Shown here: piece by piece, positions 1-9,337 of the stretch
Layout of the letters: the number at the start of each line of letters is the position of its first letter
Numbering within the stretch: the first letter of the stretch is position 1
DNA from: Chloroflexota bacterium
Lineage (GTDB): Bacteria > Chloroflexota > Dehalococcoidia > Lucifugimonadales > UBA2962
NCBI GenBank assembly: GCA_003228095.2
Contig: QGNM01000003.1
Location: 1,241-65,240 of the forward strand
Direction of reading: 5' to 3'
Length of the DNA: 64,000 nt
Notes under the pieces: generated by a model
Seen by the model: only the letters and a program-made list of their open reading frames with translations
Database searches by the model: none
What the model was told of the DNA's origin: nothing
Position numbers and translations under genes: made by a program

Positions 1-2
1 CT

Positions 3-515
3 GAATCTGATGTTTACTCTTCTGTAGTTGCTGGGATAAGCGCAATAAAAGGTCCCTTACATGGAGGAGCTATAGATGGGTCAATGAATATGCTTAAAGA
101 AATTGGTTGTGTAGAAAATGCAGAGAATTATGTTAAAGATGCATTAGCACAAAAACGCAAATTACCTGGATTTGGCCATAGAGTTTATCGTGCGGGTGAC
201 CCTAGAGCACATGTATTAAAAAGTATGACATTAGAATTAGCTAATTCAAGAAATAATAGCAAGTGGTTTGATATTGCCTTAGAGGCTGAGAAACAAATGG
301 CTAATTTAAAAAACATTATTCCGAATGTAGATTATTATGCGGCACCACTTTTATATCATATTGGCTTCCCAGTGATCCTTATGACTAATGTAGTTACTAG
401 CGCGAGAATAGCTGGTTGGTCTGCTCATATTTTAGAGCAGCATGGTAACAATAGATTAATTCGACCGAGAGCCAAATATATTGGTAAAAGTGGAATGAAA
501 ATTCAAAAAACTTGA
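3..515 (+). CDS. Citrate/2-methylcitrate synthase, C-terminal part (5' end outside window)
   Basis: Frame is open from base 3 (ESDVYSSVVAGISAIKGPLHGGA). Motifs GPLHGGA, GFGHRVY, DPR, PNVDYY and R.AGW.AH are present. Adjacent to prpF. Confidence 0.9.
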   Translation, partial: ESDVYSSVVAGISAIKGPLHGGAIDGSMNMLKEIGCVENAENYVKDALAQKRKLPGFGHRVYRAGDPRAHVLKSMTLELANSRNNSKWFDIALEAEKQMANLKNIIPNVDYYAAPLLYHIGFPVILMTNVVTSARIAGWSAHILEQHGNNRLIRPRAKYIGKSGMKIQKT

Positions 516-533
516 TTGGGAAACATATTATAC

Positions 534-1700
534 ATGGATGAACTTTTGAAGATCCCAGCAGTATTTGTGAGAGGCGGTACGAGTAGAGCAGTGCTATTCC
601 ATTCGGCTCACTTAAAAGATTTTTCTGAAGATCAAATTGATTCTATATTGCTGACTGTTTTAGGAAGCCCAGATAATAGTGGAAGGCAAGTAGATGGTTT
701 AGGTGGTGGATTTTCCTCCTTAAGTAAGGCTGCAATCATATCTCCGTCGAGTAGACCGGGTATTGATGTGGAATTTAATTTTGCACAAGTTGATATTGAG
801 AGGTCCTTCGTTGATTGGAGCGGCACATGTGGAAATATTTCATCTGCAGTTGGCCCATTCGCTATAAATGAAAGGTTAGTTGAGTTAACTAAACCCGTTA
901 CAGAAGTAATCGTGTTAGCTGTTAATACGGGCAAAACATTTTTATCCTCCGTCCCGGTATCAGATGATGGCCCATTGCCATATGGTAATTTTGCGATTGA
1001 CGGTGTTCCTGGTACAGCATCAAAAATAACTTTAAAATTTTATAACCCAGGAGGCTCATTAAATAAAGGCATCCTGCCCACAAAAGCCCTAATAGATCAT
1101 ATTAAAACGCCCCAGCATGGAATTTTTAAGGTTTCAGTAATTGATGTTGGAATACCGACAATTTTTGTTTCACATGAAGACTTTAATTGGCAAATGAGCA
1201 GTACTGTTGAAGATTTAGACAAGAATTTAGAAATAAAGAGTGTTCTTGAAGCTATAAGATGCGAAGTAGCAGTGATGCTTGATTTGGCGAGTGATGTAGA
1301 AACTGCACATATTGAATCTCAAGCTTTGCCTAAAATAGTTTTGATTAATTCTAAAAACAACTATATTGCCAGAGACAAACGAGAAATTAATTCTGACGAT
1401 ATAGACTTACGAGCCATAGCAATTTCAATGGGTCAAGCGCATCGTACATATCCGGTATCAGTATCAATGGCAACAGCAGTAGCTGCGCATATTAAAGGAA
1501 CTTTAGTTTTTGAAATTGTTGATAATGTTATAGTAGGAGGATTATCGATAGGTCATCCGGGCGGCGTAATGAAAGTAGAGGTTGACGTATCTGCAGATGG
1601 AGATGGGTGGATAGTACCTAGCGCAACAATTTTCCGAACTTCAAGAACTATAATGGAAGGCAATGTTATTGTTCCAGTTTCAAAACTTCAGTCTAATTAA
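534..1700 (+). CDS. prpF: PrpF-family (methyl)aconitate isomerase
   Basis: RGGTSRA, DGLGGG.SSLSK, GTCGNISSAVGPFA and GHPGG motifs. ATG at 534 preferred over TTG at 516. Confidence 0.85.
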   Translation: MDELLKIPAVFVRGGTSRAVLFHSAHLKDFSEDQIDSILLTVLGSPDNSGRQVDGLGGGFSSLSKAAIISPSSRPGIDVEFNFAQVDIERSFVDWSGTCGNISSAVGPFAINERLVELTKPVTEVIVLAVNTGKTFLSSVPVSDDGPLPYGNFAIDGVPGTASKITLKFYNPGGSLNKGILPTKALIDHIKTPQHGIFKVSVIDVGIPTIFVSHEDFNWQMSSTVEDLDKNLEIKSVLEAIRCEVAVMLDLASDVETAHIESQALPKIVLINSKNNYIARDKREINSDDIDLRAIAISMGQAHRTYPVSVSMATAVAAHIKGTLVFEIVDNVIVGGLSIGHPGGVMKVEVDVSADGDGWIVPSATIFRTSRTIMEGNVIVPVSKLQSN

Positions 1701-1703
1701 AAA

Positions 1704-3632
1704 ATGAAATTAAATTTAGCTACAAAACTACTTAACGAACACTTAGTTTCTGGGAACCTTGAAGAGAATTCGGAGATTTCAATTAAGGTGGATCAAACAT
1801 TGTCACAGGATGCTACCGGAACTCTATCTTATTTGCAGTTTGAAGCAACTGGTGTAGATAGAGTGAAAACAGATCTATCTGTTAGTTATATTGACCATAA
1901 CATGTTACAAGCGGACTTTCGTAATGCTGATGATCATTCATATTTACAAGATGTTGCAGCGAAGTATGGGATCTATTTTTCGAGACCAGGTAATGGTATT
2001 TGCCATCAAGTACATTTAGAAAGATTTGCTGTGCCAGGAACAAGTTTATTAGGTACAGATAGCCATACACCTACTAGTGGTGGTATCGGGGCGTTAGCTA
2101 TAGGTTCCGGGGGCCTAGATGTAGCTATAGCAATGGCTGGTGGTCCGTATTTTTTTAGGATGCCAAGAATTGTTGGTGTAGAGCTAATAGGAGCTCTCAA
2201 TTTCGGGGTAACAGCCAAAGACGTGATATTAGAAATGCTTAGGAGGTTAACCGTTAGAGGAGGTGTCGGCAAGATATTTGAATATTATGGATCTGGAGTT
2301 AAAACATTGACGGTGCCTGAAAGGTCAACAATATCAAATATGGGAGCTGAATTAGGTGCCACGACAACTATTTTCCCAAGTGACAAGGTTACGGAGATAT
2401 ACCTTAGAAAACAGGGTCGGGGAGATAAATATACTCGCTTAGCGGCTGACAAAAATGCTCATTATGATGAGTATTTGACTATAGACTTATCTGCGCTTGA
2501 ACCTTTGATATCTTGCCCTGATAGCCCTGATCTAGTTGTGCCTGTTTCTGAAGTTGCCGGCACTAAAGTTGACCAAGTAGCTATAGGTAGCTGTACCAAT
2601 TCATCTTATTCAGATTTAATGGAAGTTGCGAATGTCCTGAAAGGTCGAGTAGTTCACCCAAATGTAGCTATGTCTTTGAGTCCAGGATCTAAGCAGGTTA
2701 TGCAAATGATTTCTGCAAACGGAGCTTTAGCAGATATTGTCGCAGCTGGAGTGAGGGTGCTTGAGTCTGCTTGTGGGCCGTGTGCGGGAATCGGCCAGGT
2801 TCCCGGGCATGGAGCAGTATCTGTACGTTCTTTTAATAGAAACTTTCCTGGCAGATCTGGAGGCCTGCATAACAGTGTATATCTAACTTCCCCTATAGTT
2901 TGTGCTGTAACGGCACTGAAAGGTGAAATTGTTGACCCAAGAGAATTTTTGGGAGGCGGCAACAGATATGTCGCAACTCCAGAAAAATATATAACTGACG
3001 ATTTGGCAATTATACCGCCAGCTGATGACCCGTCTTCCGTTGTTATAAGAAGGGGGCCAAATATAAAGCCGATTCCAAAGAAAGGCTCCATAGAAAATGA
3101 TTTGTCGGGAGATGTATTAATTAAATTAAAGGATAATATTTCGACTGATCATATTTTGCCAGCTGGTACAGTCACACTGGCTTTGCGGTCAAATATACCT
3201 GCTATATCCGAATATGTATTTTCTTATATTGATCCAGAATTTTTGAGTCGAGCAAAAAAAGCCGGCAAAGGATTTATTATTGCTGGGCATAATTATGGTC
3301 AGGGCAGTTCTCGAGAACATGCGGCGTTATGTCCTTCATATCTTGGCATCCAAGTTGTTCTTGCAAAATCATTTGCCAGGATCCATAAAGACAACCTAAT
3401 AAATTATGGAGTAATGCCTATTACGTTTACGGATGAATTTAATTATGATGAATTAGGTATGGGTAACAAACTCAATATTAATAATATCGCACAATCACTA
3501 AAAACTGACAAAACAGAAATAAACGTAATTAATACAACTAATGGACAGAAAATCAAGTGTGATTTAGACGTGACGCGTCGCCAACGAGAGATTTTACTTG
3601 TTGGAGGCTTGTTAAATCACGTCGGAGTTTAA
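1704..3632 (+). CDS. Aconitate hydratase, short (642 aa) type
   Basis: DSHT, IGSCTNS and CGPCAG cluster ligands; RNFPGR; NYGQGSSREHAA swivel domain. Confidence 0.9.
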   Translation: MKLNLATKLLNEHLVSGNLEENSEISIKVDQTLSQDATGTLSYLQFEATGVDRVKTDLSVSYIDHNMLQADFRNADDHSYLQDVAAKYGIYFSRPGNGICHQVHLERFAVPGTSLLGTDSHTPTSGGIGALAIGSGGLDVAIAMAGGPYFFRMPRIVGVELIGALNFGVTAKDVILEMLRRLTVRGGVGKIFEYYGSGVKTLTVPERSTISNMGAELGATTTIFPSDKVTEIYLRKQGRGDKYTRLAADKNAHYDEYLTIDLSALEPLISCPDSPDLVVPVSEVAGTKVDQVAIGSCTNSSYSDLMEVANVLKGRVVHPNVAMSLSPGSKQVMQMISANGALADIVAAGVRVLESACGPCAGIGQVPGHGAVSVRSFNRNFPGRSGGLHNSVYLTSPIVCAVTALKGEIVDPREFLGGGNRYVATPEKYITDDLAIIPPADDPSSVVIRRGPNIKPIPKKGSIENDLSGDVLIKLKDNISTDHILPAGTVTLALRSNIPAISEYVFSYIDPEFLSRAKKAGKGFIIAGHNYGQGSSREHAALCPSYLGIQVVLAKSFARIHKDNLINYGVMPITFTDEFNYDELGMGNKLNINNIAQSLKTDKTEINVINTTNGQKIKCDLDVTRRQREILLVGGLLNHVGV

Positions 3633-3650
3633 AATTAAGGGGTCTTAAAG

Positions 3651-4670
3651 ATGGAAAATAAACTAATAATTCCTGCGACTGTTGTAGGATCTCACCCAAA
3701 GCCTTCTTGGTGGCATAATTGCAAAGATTTACATGCGGAGGGTAAGTGGGGCGAGACTGATTTAAATGAATTACTCACAGATGCAGTAGATATAGCTATA
3801 TTAGATCAAACTAGAGCTGGGTTAGATATTATTACGGATGGAGAATCTAGGAGACTTGATGGGTATGTTGACAGTTATTACGCAAAAATAGAAAACATTA
3901 TACCTTTACCTATTGGCAGAATCGGAGGGCCCTGGGGTTATGATCAACAACAGAGATATCAGGCTGTTGGAAAGATATCTGCTCCAGCTGGCTTGGGACT
4001 AGTAAATGAATTTACCTATTTGAAAGAAAATACTAATCTGATGACCAAAGTAACATGCGCAGGTCCGCTTACATTTGGGTCCAGGATCGGACCAGGTGAT
4101 GTATATGAAAGTCCAGTAGCAGTAGCAGAACAATTTGCTGAAGTTATCAATGCTGAGTTAAAAGATTTAGTTAACGCCGGAGCAGACTTTATTCAAATTG
4201 ACGAACCAGCTCGTGGAAATTTGAGTGGGAAGGATATGGCCAGATTGTTTAACCTTGCTACCGATGGTGTAAATGCAAAGCTGGCATATCATATTTGTTT
4301 TGGAAACAGATATGGTCGAGCTAGATTTAAAAAACATTATTCTGATTATTTTCCTGAAATACTTGAAGCTAAAGCTGACCAGTTTGTTGTTGAATTCGCA
4401 GCTCGTGAAATGTATGAAGTGGAAAAATTTGCCGAGTGGAGAGATGGAAGAGAAATTGGAGCTGGCGTTGTTGATGTGAAATCTTTTCATCCTGAATCCA
4501 CAGAAGATGTTGTAGACAGAATAAGGGAGGTTTTAAAATATGTGCCGGCTGACAAGCTTTATGTGAACCCTGACTGTGGATTCGGTTGGTCACCCAGGTA
4601 TATGTCTACACCCAAGCTAAATGCTTTGGTAAGTGCAACTGCAAAAATTAGGAACGAGATAAGTAATTGA
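3651..4670 (+). CDS. Cobalamin-independent methionine synthase II family (catalytic domain only)
   Basis: TVVGSHPKP, DIITDGE, IQIDEP, HICFGN and NPDCGF zinc-site motifs; 339 aa. Confidence 0.85.
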   Translation: MENKLIIPATVVGSHPKPSWWHNCKDLHAEGKWGETDLNELLTDAVDIAILDQTRAGLDIITDGESRRLDGYVDSYYAKIENIIPLPIGRIGGPWGYDQQQRYQAVGKISAPAGLGLVNEFTYLKENTNLMTKVTCAGPLTFGSRIGPGDVYESPVAVAEQFAEVINAELKDLVNAGADFIQIDEPARGNLSGKDMARLFNLATDGVNAKLAYHICFGNRYGRARFKKHYSDYFPEILEAKADQFVVEFAAREMYEVEKFAEWRDGREIGAGVVDVKSFHPESTEDVVDRIREVLKYVPADKLYVNPDCGFGWSPRYMSTPKLNALVSATAKIRNEISN

Positions 4671-6004
4671 CATTAGATGGGTGCGACACATTAATAGTTA
4701 CCGCAGATGATACTGTTTCAGGTAATACTCTTTTTGCTAAAAACTCGGACCGACCTCCAACAGAAACTCAGCCACTAGTTCAGCAAAACCGTAAGACTAA
4801 TATTGCTAACAGTATAAATAAACTGGAATTCATATCAATCCCTGAGGTTGAAGTAAGTTACAAGCATGTTGGGTCAAGACCGTATTGGTGTTGGGGATAT
4901 GAACATGGTTTTAATGAATACCAAGTTGTTATAGGTAATGAGGCTTTACAGTCGAAATTAAGGCCAATTAAACCGACTTTGACAGGTATGGATTTAGTAA
5001 GACTTGGTTTGGAACGAGGAAGCAGTGCCCTTGAAGCTTTAGACGCTATGACAGCCGTGATTGAACGTTTTGGACAAGGAAAGTTTGAACATCCAGATGG
5101 GCATAGCACATACGATAACGGTTTTATTATTGCTGATCCTAATGAAGCCTATATTCTGGAGACCGCCGGCCACGAATGGGCTGCCCGAAAAGTTCAAAAA
5201 TCAATAGGGATAAGTAATACATATTCCATTAACAATAATTGGGATTTTATTTCTGAAAATGTATTAAGAATGGCTGGTTACTCAGATATCCAGAAGGCTA
5301 AAAAGAAATTGAATTTCCGAGAGTTCTTTAAAGATGATACAAAGTTTAGCTATAGTGCTGATCAAAGAGAATTGAGGTCGTGTTCATTTCTAGATTATCA
5401 TTCAGGTCGAATTACTGTTAAGAGCCTAATCTCTATATTGTCGGATCATTCAGGCGAAGGGTTTCAATGTGCTACAAATCTTAACAGTATTGAGCCAGGG
5501 CATGGTATATGTATGCATTCAGATGCTGCGTCAAAAGGATCCAATACTGCAGCAAGCCTAATAGCTGATTTATGTTGTGATAACACTCGTTTACCAATAT
5601 ATTGGACCAGCATGTATTCCCCGTGCACAGGCATTTTCTTACCCACATTCATAGAGGGAAAACTCAATGAATCTATATCATTCGGAGGAATTAATGCATC
5701 TATAGATAGTGCTTGGTGGGTTTTTTATTATCTAAATGAATCCCTTAAGAACGATGGGGGAGATGCTATTACTCAACTAAGAGGAGAATTTGATGTGTTA
5801 CAAAATCAATTTTTTTCGACTGCTTACGAAATAGCAATACATAGTTACAATTTAATTCATGATCAAAAAGCCGAATCAGCAGAAAAAATATTATCGAAAT
5901 ATATGGAAGAGAACTTCGTTAAAGTAATTAATATTGCAAAGTCATTCATAAAAACCAACAAATTTACTCAAAACGCACTTAATTCTAAGCTGTCTTTAGG
6001 TTAA
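4667..6004 (+). CDS. Peptidase C69 / secernin-family Ntn hydrolase
   Basis: N-terminal GCDT nucleophile, AKNSDRP, EHGFNEYQVVIGNEA and GMDLVRLGLER. Overlaps the upstream stop. Confidence 0.85.
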   Translation: MTLDGCDTLIVTADDTVSGNTLFAKNSDRPPTETQPLVQQNRKTNIANSINKLEFISIPEVEVSYKHVGSRPYWCWGYEHGFNEYQVVIGNEALQSKLRPIKPTLTGMDLVRLGLERGSSALEALDAMTAVIERFGQGKFEHPDGHSTYDNGFIIADPNEAYILETAGHEWAARKVQKSIGISNTYSINNNWDFISENVLRMAGYSDIQKAKKKLNFREFFKDDTKFSYSADQRELRSCSFLDYHSGRITVKSLISILSDHSGEGFQCATNLNSIEPGHGICMHSDAASKGSNTAASLIADLCCDNTRLPIYWTSMYSPCTGIFLPTFIEGKLNESISFGGINASIDSAWWVFYYLNESLKNDGGDAITQLRGEFDVLQNQFFSTAYEIAIHSYNLIHDQKAESAEKILSKYMEENFVKVINIAKSFIKTNKFTQNALNSKLSLG

Positions 6005-6082
6005 TTGACTCGTTTATTTGCTGATTTGACACTGTAGGATGATATGATACAGGTTATCTCTGGCAGGAGGATCCGAATTTAT

Positions 6083-6808
6083 ATGAAACGAAATTTTCCA
6101 CGTATTATGAGATTTATTTTGCCTTTAATGGCGATACTAGCGCTTTCAGCTGCGTCTTGCGGCGGAGACGATGATTCTCTAGGTACTAAAATAGTTTTTG
6201 CTGAAATTTCTGACGGAACAGATCTTCAGAAATATACGACTCAATTAGCAGCATACATGGCTCATTACGGTTATAAGCATGCTGTAGAGATAAAAAAGAT
6301 GAGCGCTGCTGATGCTCAAGTTGGAATGGCAGTAGGGAAAGATGCTGAGGGCAACGATTTGCCTGGCAAGGTTCATATCGCGATTACGGCAGGATCGCTA
6401 TCTGGTACTGGAACTTCTGATTACGGAAACTTGTACACAGACAGTGATGGTACTGAATTTAATAAGATCGTTGCGGATAATTTAGCGGATACAGCTCCGG
6501 CATTTGCAAAAACGTTGCGCAAAATGAATCTTCCTATAAAAAGACTGAATAGCCTTTCGGAATGGGTAGAAAAATATAACCCAGATAAAACCTACAAAAT
6601 TTCTATTTACTACTACTGGGAGTATGACTACACGGATAGTGACTGGAGAATGTGGCTAGGAGGAGAATTCGATCCATTTGACGGCATACGAGTGCCTACT
6701 CAAAACATTACTAGGATGATGCGTGGAACACCATATCGTGGAGTTGACAAAGGCGGCGATTTGGTATGCCCAACACTACCTGAACCTACTATTGCTTGTA
6801 CGGATTAA
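6083..6808 (+). CDS. Lipoprotein resembling an internally deleted glycine-betaine (OpuAC/ProX-type) substrate-binding protein
   Basis: SD AGGAGG at 6065-6070; lipobox AASC-GGDDD. N- and C-terminal segments resemble OpuAC domain I by eye. Confidence 0.55.
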   Translation: MKRNFPRIMRFILPLMAILALSAASCGGDDDSLGTKIVFAEISDGTDLQKYTTQLAAYMAHYGYKHAVEIKKMSAADAQVGMAVGKDAEGNDLPGKVHIAITAGSLSGTGTSDYGNLYTDSDGTEFNKIVADNLADTAPAFAKTLRKMNLPIKRLNSLSEWVEKYNPDKTYKISIYYYWEYDYTDSDWRMWLGGEFDPFDGIRVPTQNITRMMRGTPYRGVDKGGDLVCPTLPEPTIACTD

Positions 6809-6823
6809 AACACTAAACATTGT

Positions 6824-6870
6824 ATTTATGGGATTGTCCTTAGATTTCAAGAACAATCCCATAAATTTTT
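6824..6870 (+). terminator. Intrinsic terminator
   Basis: ATTTATGGGATTGT ... ACAATCCCATAAAT stem followed by a T run, just after the lipoprotein stop. Confidence 0.7.
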
Positions 6871-6876
6871 AAGATT

Positions 6877-7932
6877 ATGAGTAACACGTCTGCTGGATTG
6901 ATACAAACAGTACTAGGTCCATTAGCCCCCAATGATTTGGGAATTACTATGTCTCATGAGCACTTGCTATTAGATATAACTTGTTATGTGCAGCAAGCTG
7001 ATGAAGCTAGTAATCGTTCATATCGCCATGCATTGATTAAGATGGATAACCTTGGTCGACTACCAGAGAGATTTCAATATAGCTTAGAAAACATGACTTT
7101 GCTCAGTGAAGATGCTGCTATTGAAGAGGCATTCGCATTTAAACTTGCAGGGGGATCTAGCTTCGTCGATACTACTAGTGGAGTAGGTATCGGAAGAGAC
7201 CCTTTGGGACTTGCTCGAATATCAAGATCTACAGGGCTAAATGTTGTCATGGGTTCAGGCTACTATGTTTGGCAATCTCATCCAGAAAATATGGATGATA
7301 AAGATGTTGACTTGATTGCACATGAGATTATTGATGAATTTGAGAATGGTGTTAACCATACTGGTATAAAACCCGGTGTAATTGGCGAAATAGGTTGTTC
7401 ATGGCCTATTCATCCTAATGAATTAAAATCTCTTCAAGCAGCTTCAATAGCGCAAAAGCACACTGGCGCGCCTATGACACTTCACCCGGTGGGGCCTCGC
7501 GAGTCAAAAGATAATATCCTAAATGCAATTCAGAAAGCTGGGGGCAATTGCGAAAAGGTTATATTTGGTCATTTGGATCATTATTCAAACTTGGATGACT
7601 TATTAAATTTACTGAAAGCAGGTTGTTATATTCAACTAGATGTTTTTGGTTGGGAAGACACTTCTTTAGAATTGATAATGCCTGGTGTTAAGTTTGGTAA
7701 TGATAATGAAAGAATAGATATCATTGCTGAACTTGTAGACATGGGCTATCAGGATAAAATTTTAATTGCTCAAGATGTATGTCAGAAATGGCAATATCGA
7801 TCATACGGTGGAAAGGGTTTTTCTCATATATTGGAAAACATGATTGGAAGATTCAAGGATCATGGGTTTAGTGATACTGTAATTGACGCGCTGCTAGTTG
7901 ATAACCCAAGTAGAGTTTTCGCTTTCGATTGA
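6877..7932 (+). CDS. Phosphotriesterase-related amidohydrolase (PTE/Php family)
   Basis: QTVLGP, LGITMSHEHL, GRDP, GVIGEIG, GHLD, QDVC and DNPSR motifs. Confidence 0.9.
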   Translation: MSNTSAGLIQTVLGPLAPNDLGITMSHEHLLLDITCYVQQADEASNRSYRHALIKMDNLGRLPERFQYSLENMTLLSEDAAIEEAFAFKLAGGSSFVDTTSGVGIGRDPLGLARISRSTGLNVVMGSGYYVWQSHPENMDDKDVDLIAHEIIDEFENGVNHTGIKPGVIGEIGCSWPIHPNELKSLQAASIAQKHTGAPMTLHPVGPRESKDNILNAIQKAGGNCEKVIFGHLDHYSNLDDLLNLLKAGCYIQLDVFGWEDTSLELIMPGVKFGNDNERIDIIAELVDMGYQDKILIAQDVCQKWQYRSYGGKGFSHILENMIGRFKDHGFSDTVIDALLVDNPSRVFAFD

Positions 7933-7995
7933 ATATAAAAAAGGTCAGTCGAAATTAATATTTTTTCAAATGATTCGACTGACCTTTTTTATATT
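7932..7995. terminator. Bidirectional intrinsic terminator
   Basis: Perfect 22-bp inverted repeat AATATAAAAAAGGTCAGTCGAA (7932-7953) / TTCGACTGACCTTTTTTATATT (7974-7995) between convergent genes. Confidence 0.85.
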
Positions 7996-7999
7996 ATGA

Positions 8000-9112
8000 T
8001 TATGGTTTAATAATTGCCCGAGTGACTGCTGTTTTTCGATCTGTGCCAGACCACTCAGATAACTCAAATGCTTTATTAATGTCCTCCAAACTGAAAGTAT
8101 GGGACATTAGATTCGTTAAAGGATATATGTCCTTTGTCCTTTCTAGCATTTCAATTGCTGCTGGTATAAGTTGAGGTCTGTAGAAAGATACTGGAACGAT
8201 ATGTCTGATTCCATGAAGTACTTTTTCCATATCTATTGTAGCCATCGCGTTTGGCCAGATACATCCTATTTCTACGTACTTCCCGCCAGGCCTAAGCATT
8301 TCAAGGCCCTCTGGAACTACTCCAGGATAACCGACTACTTCAACAACTGTATCTGCGCCTGAGCGCCCCCCTCCTACTAATTCTTTTACTTTTGCAACCC
8401 TGTCTTCAGGATCTGGTATTTCATTTATGTTTATCGTGTAGTCTGCACCACATTGGAGAGCTAAATCTAATCTAGGTTGTTGGCCGTCTATTGCGATTAT
8501 TACTCCTGCTCCCCTCTCTCTAGCATATGTGATTCCATACATCCCGAGTCCACCAGCCCCTTGGAATACGATCGCGTCTCCGCCTTCTATATTTGATCTT
8601 TCAATTCCTTCCATGACAGTGCCTGCTGCACAATTAACTGATGTAAGAACTTCATCGCTTAATTCTTCTGACTCCACTTTAAAGACAAAAGTTCCTGGTT
8701 GGAGATAATAATAATCGGCGAAACCACCATGGCAGTACGGATAGTCTTCAATAGATTTGAAACCTTGAAAATTATTGAGACAATCAGTGTATTGCCCTCG
8801 AATACAGTGGTAACAACGGTGACAAGGTGTCCAATATGAAAATACAACCCGATCACCTTCTTTTAGTGGTTTTTGAAGATAATCAGTTGAAACATTTTTC
8901 CCTAAAGAATGAACTCGTCCTACGAGTTCATGTCCCAATATGAAATTATGCATCTTAATTTCACCACGCCAGATATGTAGGTCAGATCCACAAACTCCAC
9001 CTCCTGTGACACTAACTAATATTCCTTCTGGATCTACTTCCGGTGTCGGAAATTCTCGGATCTCAAACTTACGGTCTGCTACTAGTACTGCTGCTCTTCC
9101 TCTTTCTGGCAT
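8000..9112 (-). CDS. Zinc-dependent medium-chain alcohol dehydrogenase
   Basis: GVCGSD, GHE, structural Zn site CxxCxxC-x7-C and GAGGLG. Confidence 0.9.
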   Translation of the reverse strand: MPERGRAAVLVADRKFEIREFPTPEVDPEGILVSVTGGGVCGSDLHIWRGEIKMHNFILGHELVGRVHSLGKNVSTDYLQKPLKEGDRVVFSYWTPCHRCYHCIRGQYTDCLNNFQGFKSIEDYPYCHGGFADYYYLQPGTFVFKVESEELSDEVLTSVNCAAGTVMEGIERSNIEGGDAIVFQGAGGLGMYGITYARERGAGVIIAIDGQQPRLDLALQCGADYTININEIPDPEDRVAKVKELVGGGRSGADTVVEVVGYPGVVPEGLEMLRPGGKYVEIGCIWPNAMATIDMEKVLHGIRHIVPVSFYRPQLIPAAIEMLERTKDIYPLTNLMSHTFSLEDINKAFELSEWSGTDRKTAVTRAIIKP

Positions 9113-9337
9113 TTTTTGCTCTCCGAGTTAAATTTATTAGAATCGAATGTTACGGATCAAGCAAATTTAACAGTGCTTTGAAACAGAGTCAACAAGCCCG
9201 AAGTAAATTAAGGCCTCACACCACAACTTTCTTCTTGAGGAGAAGGCAATTGAAATCTATAATCTATCCAATTAGTATCTGTCTCGTGTTAAGTACGTTA
9301 CAAGATATAGTAATAATCAACATAAGCGAGGATCTTA

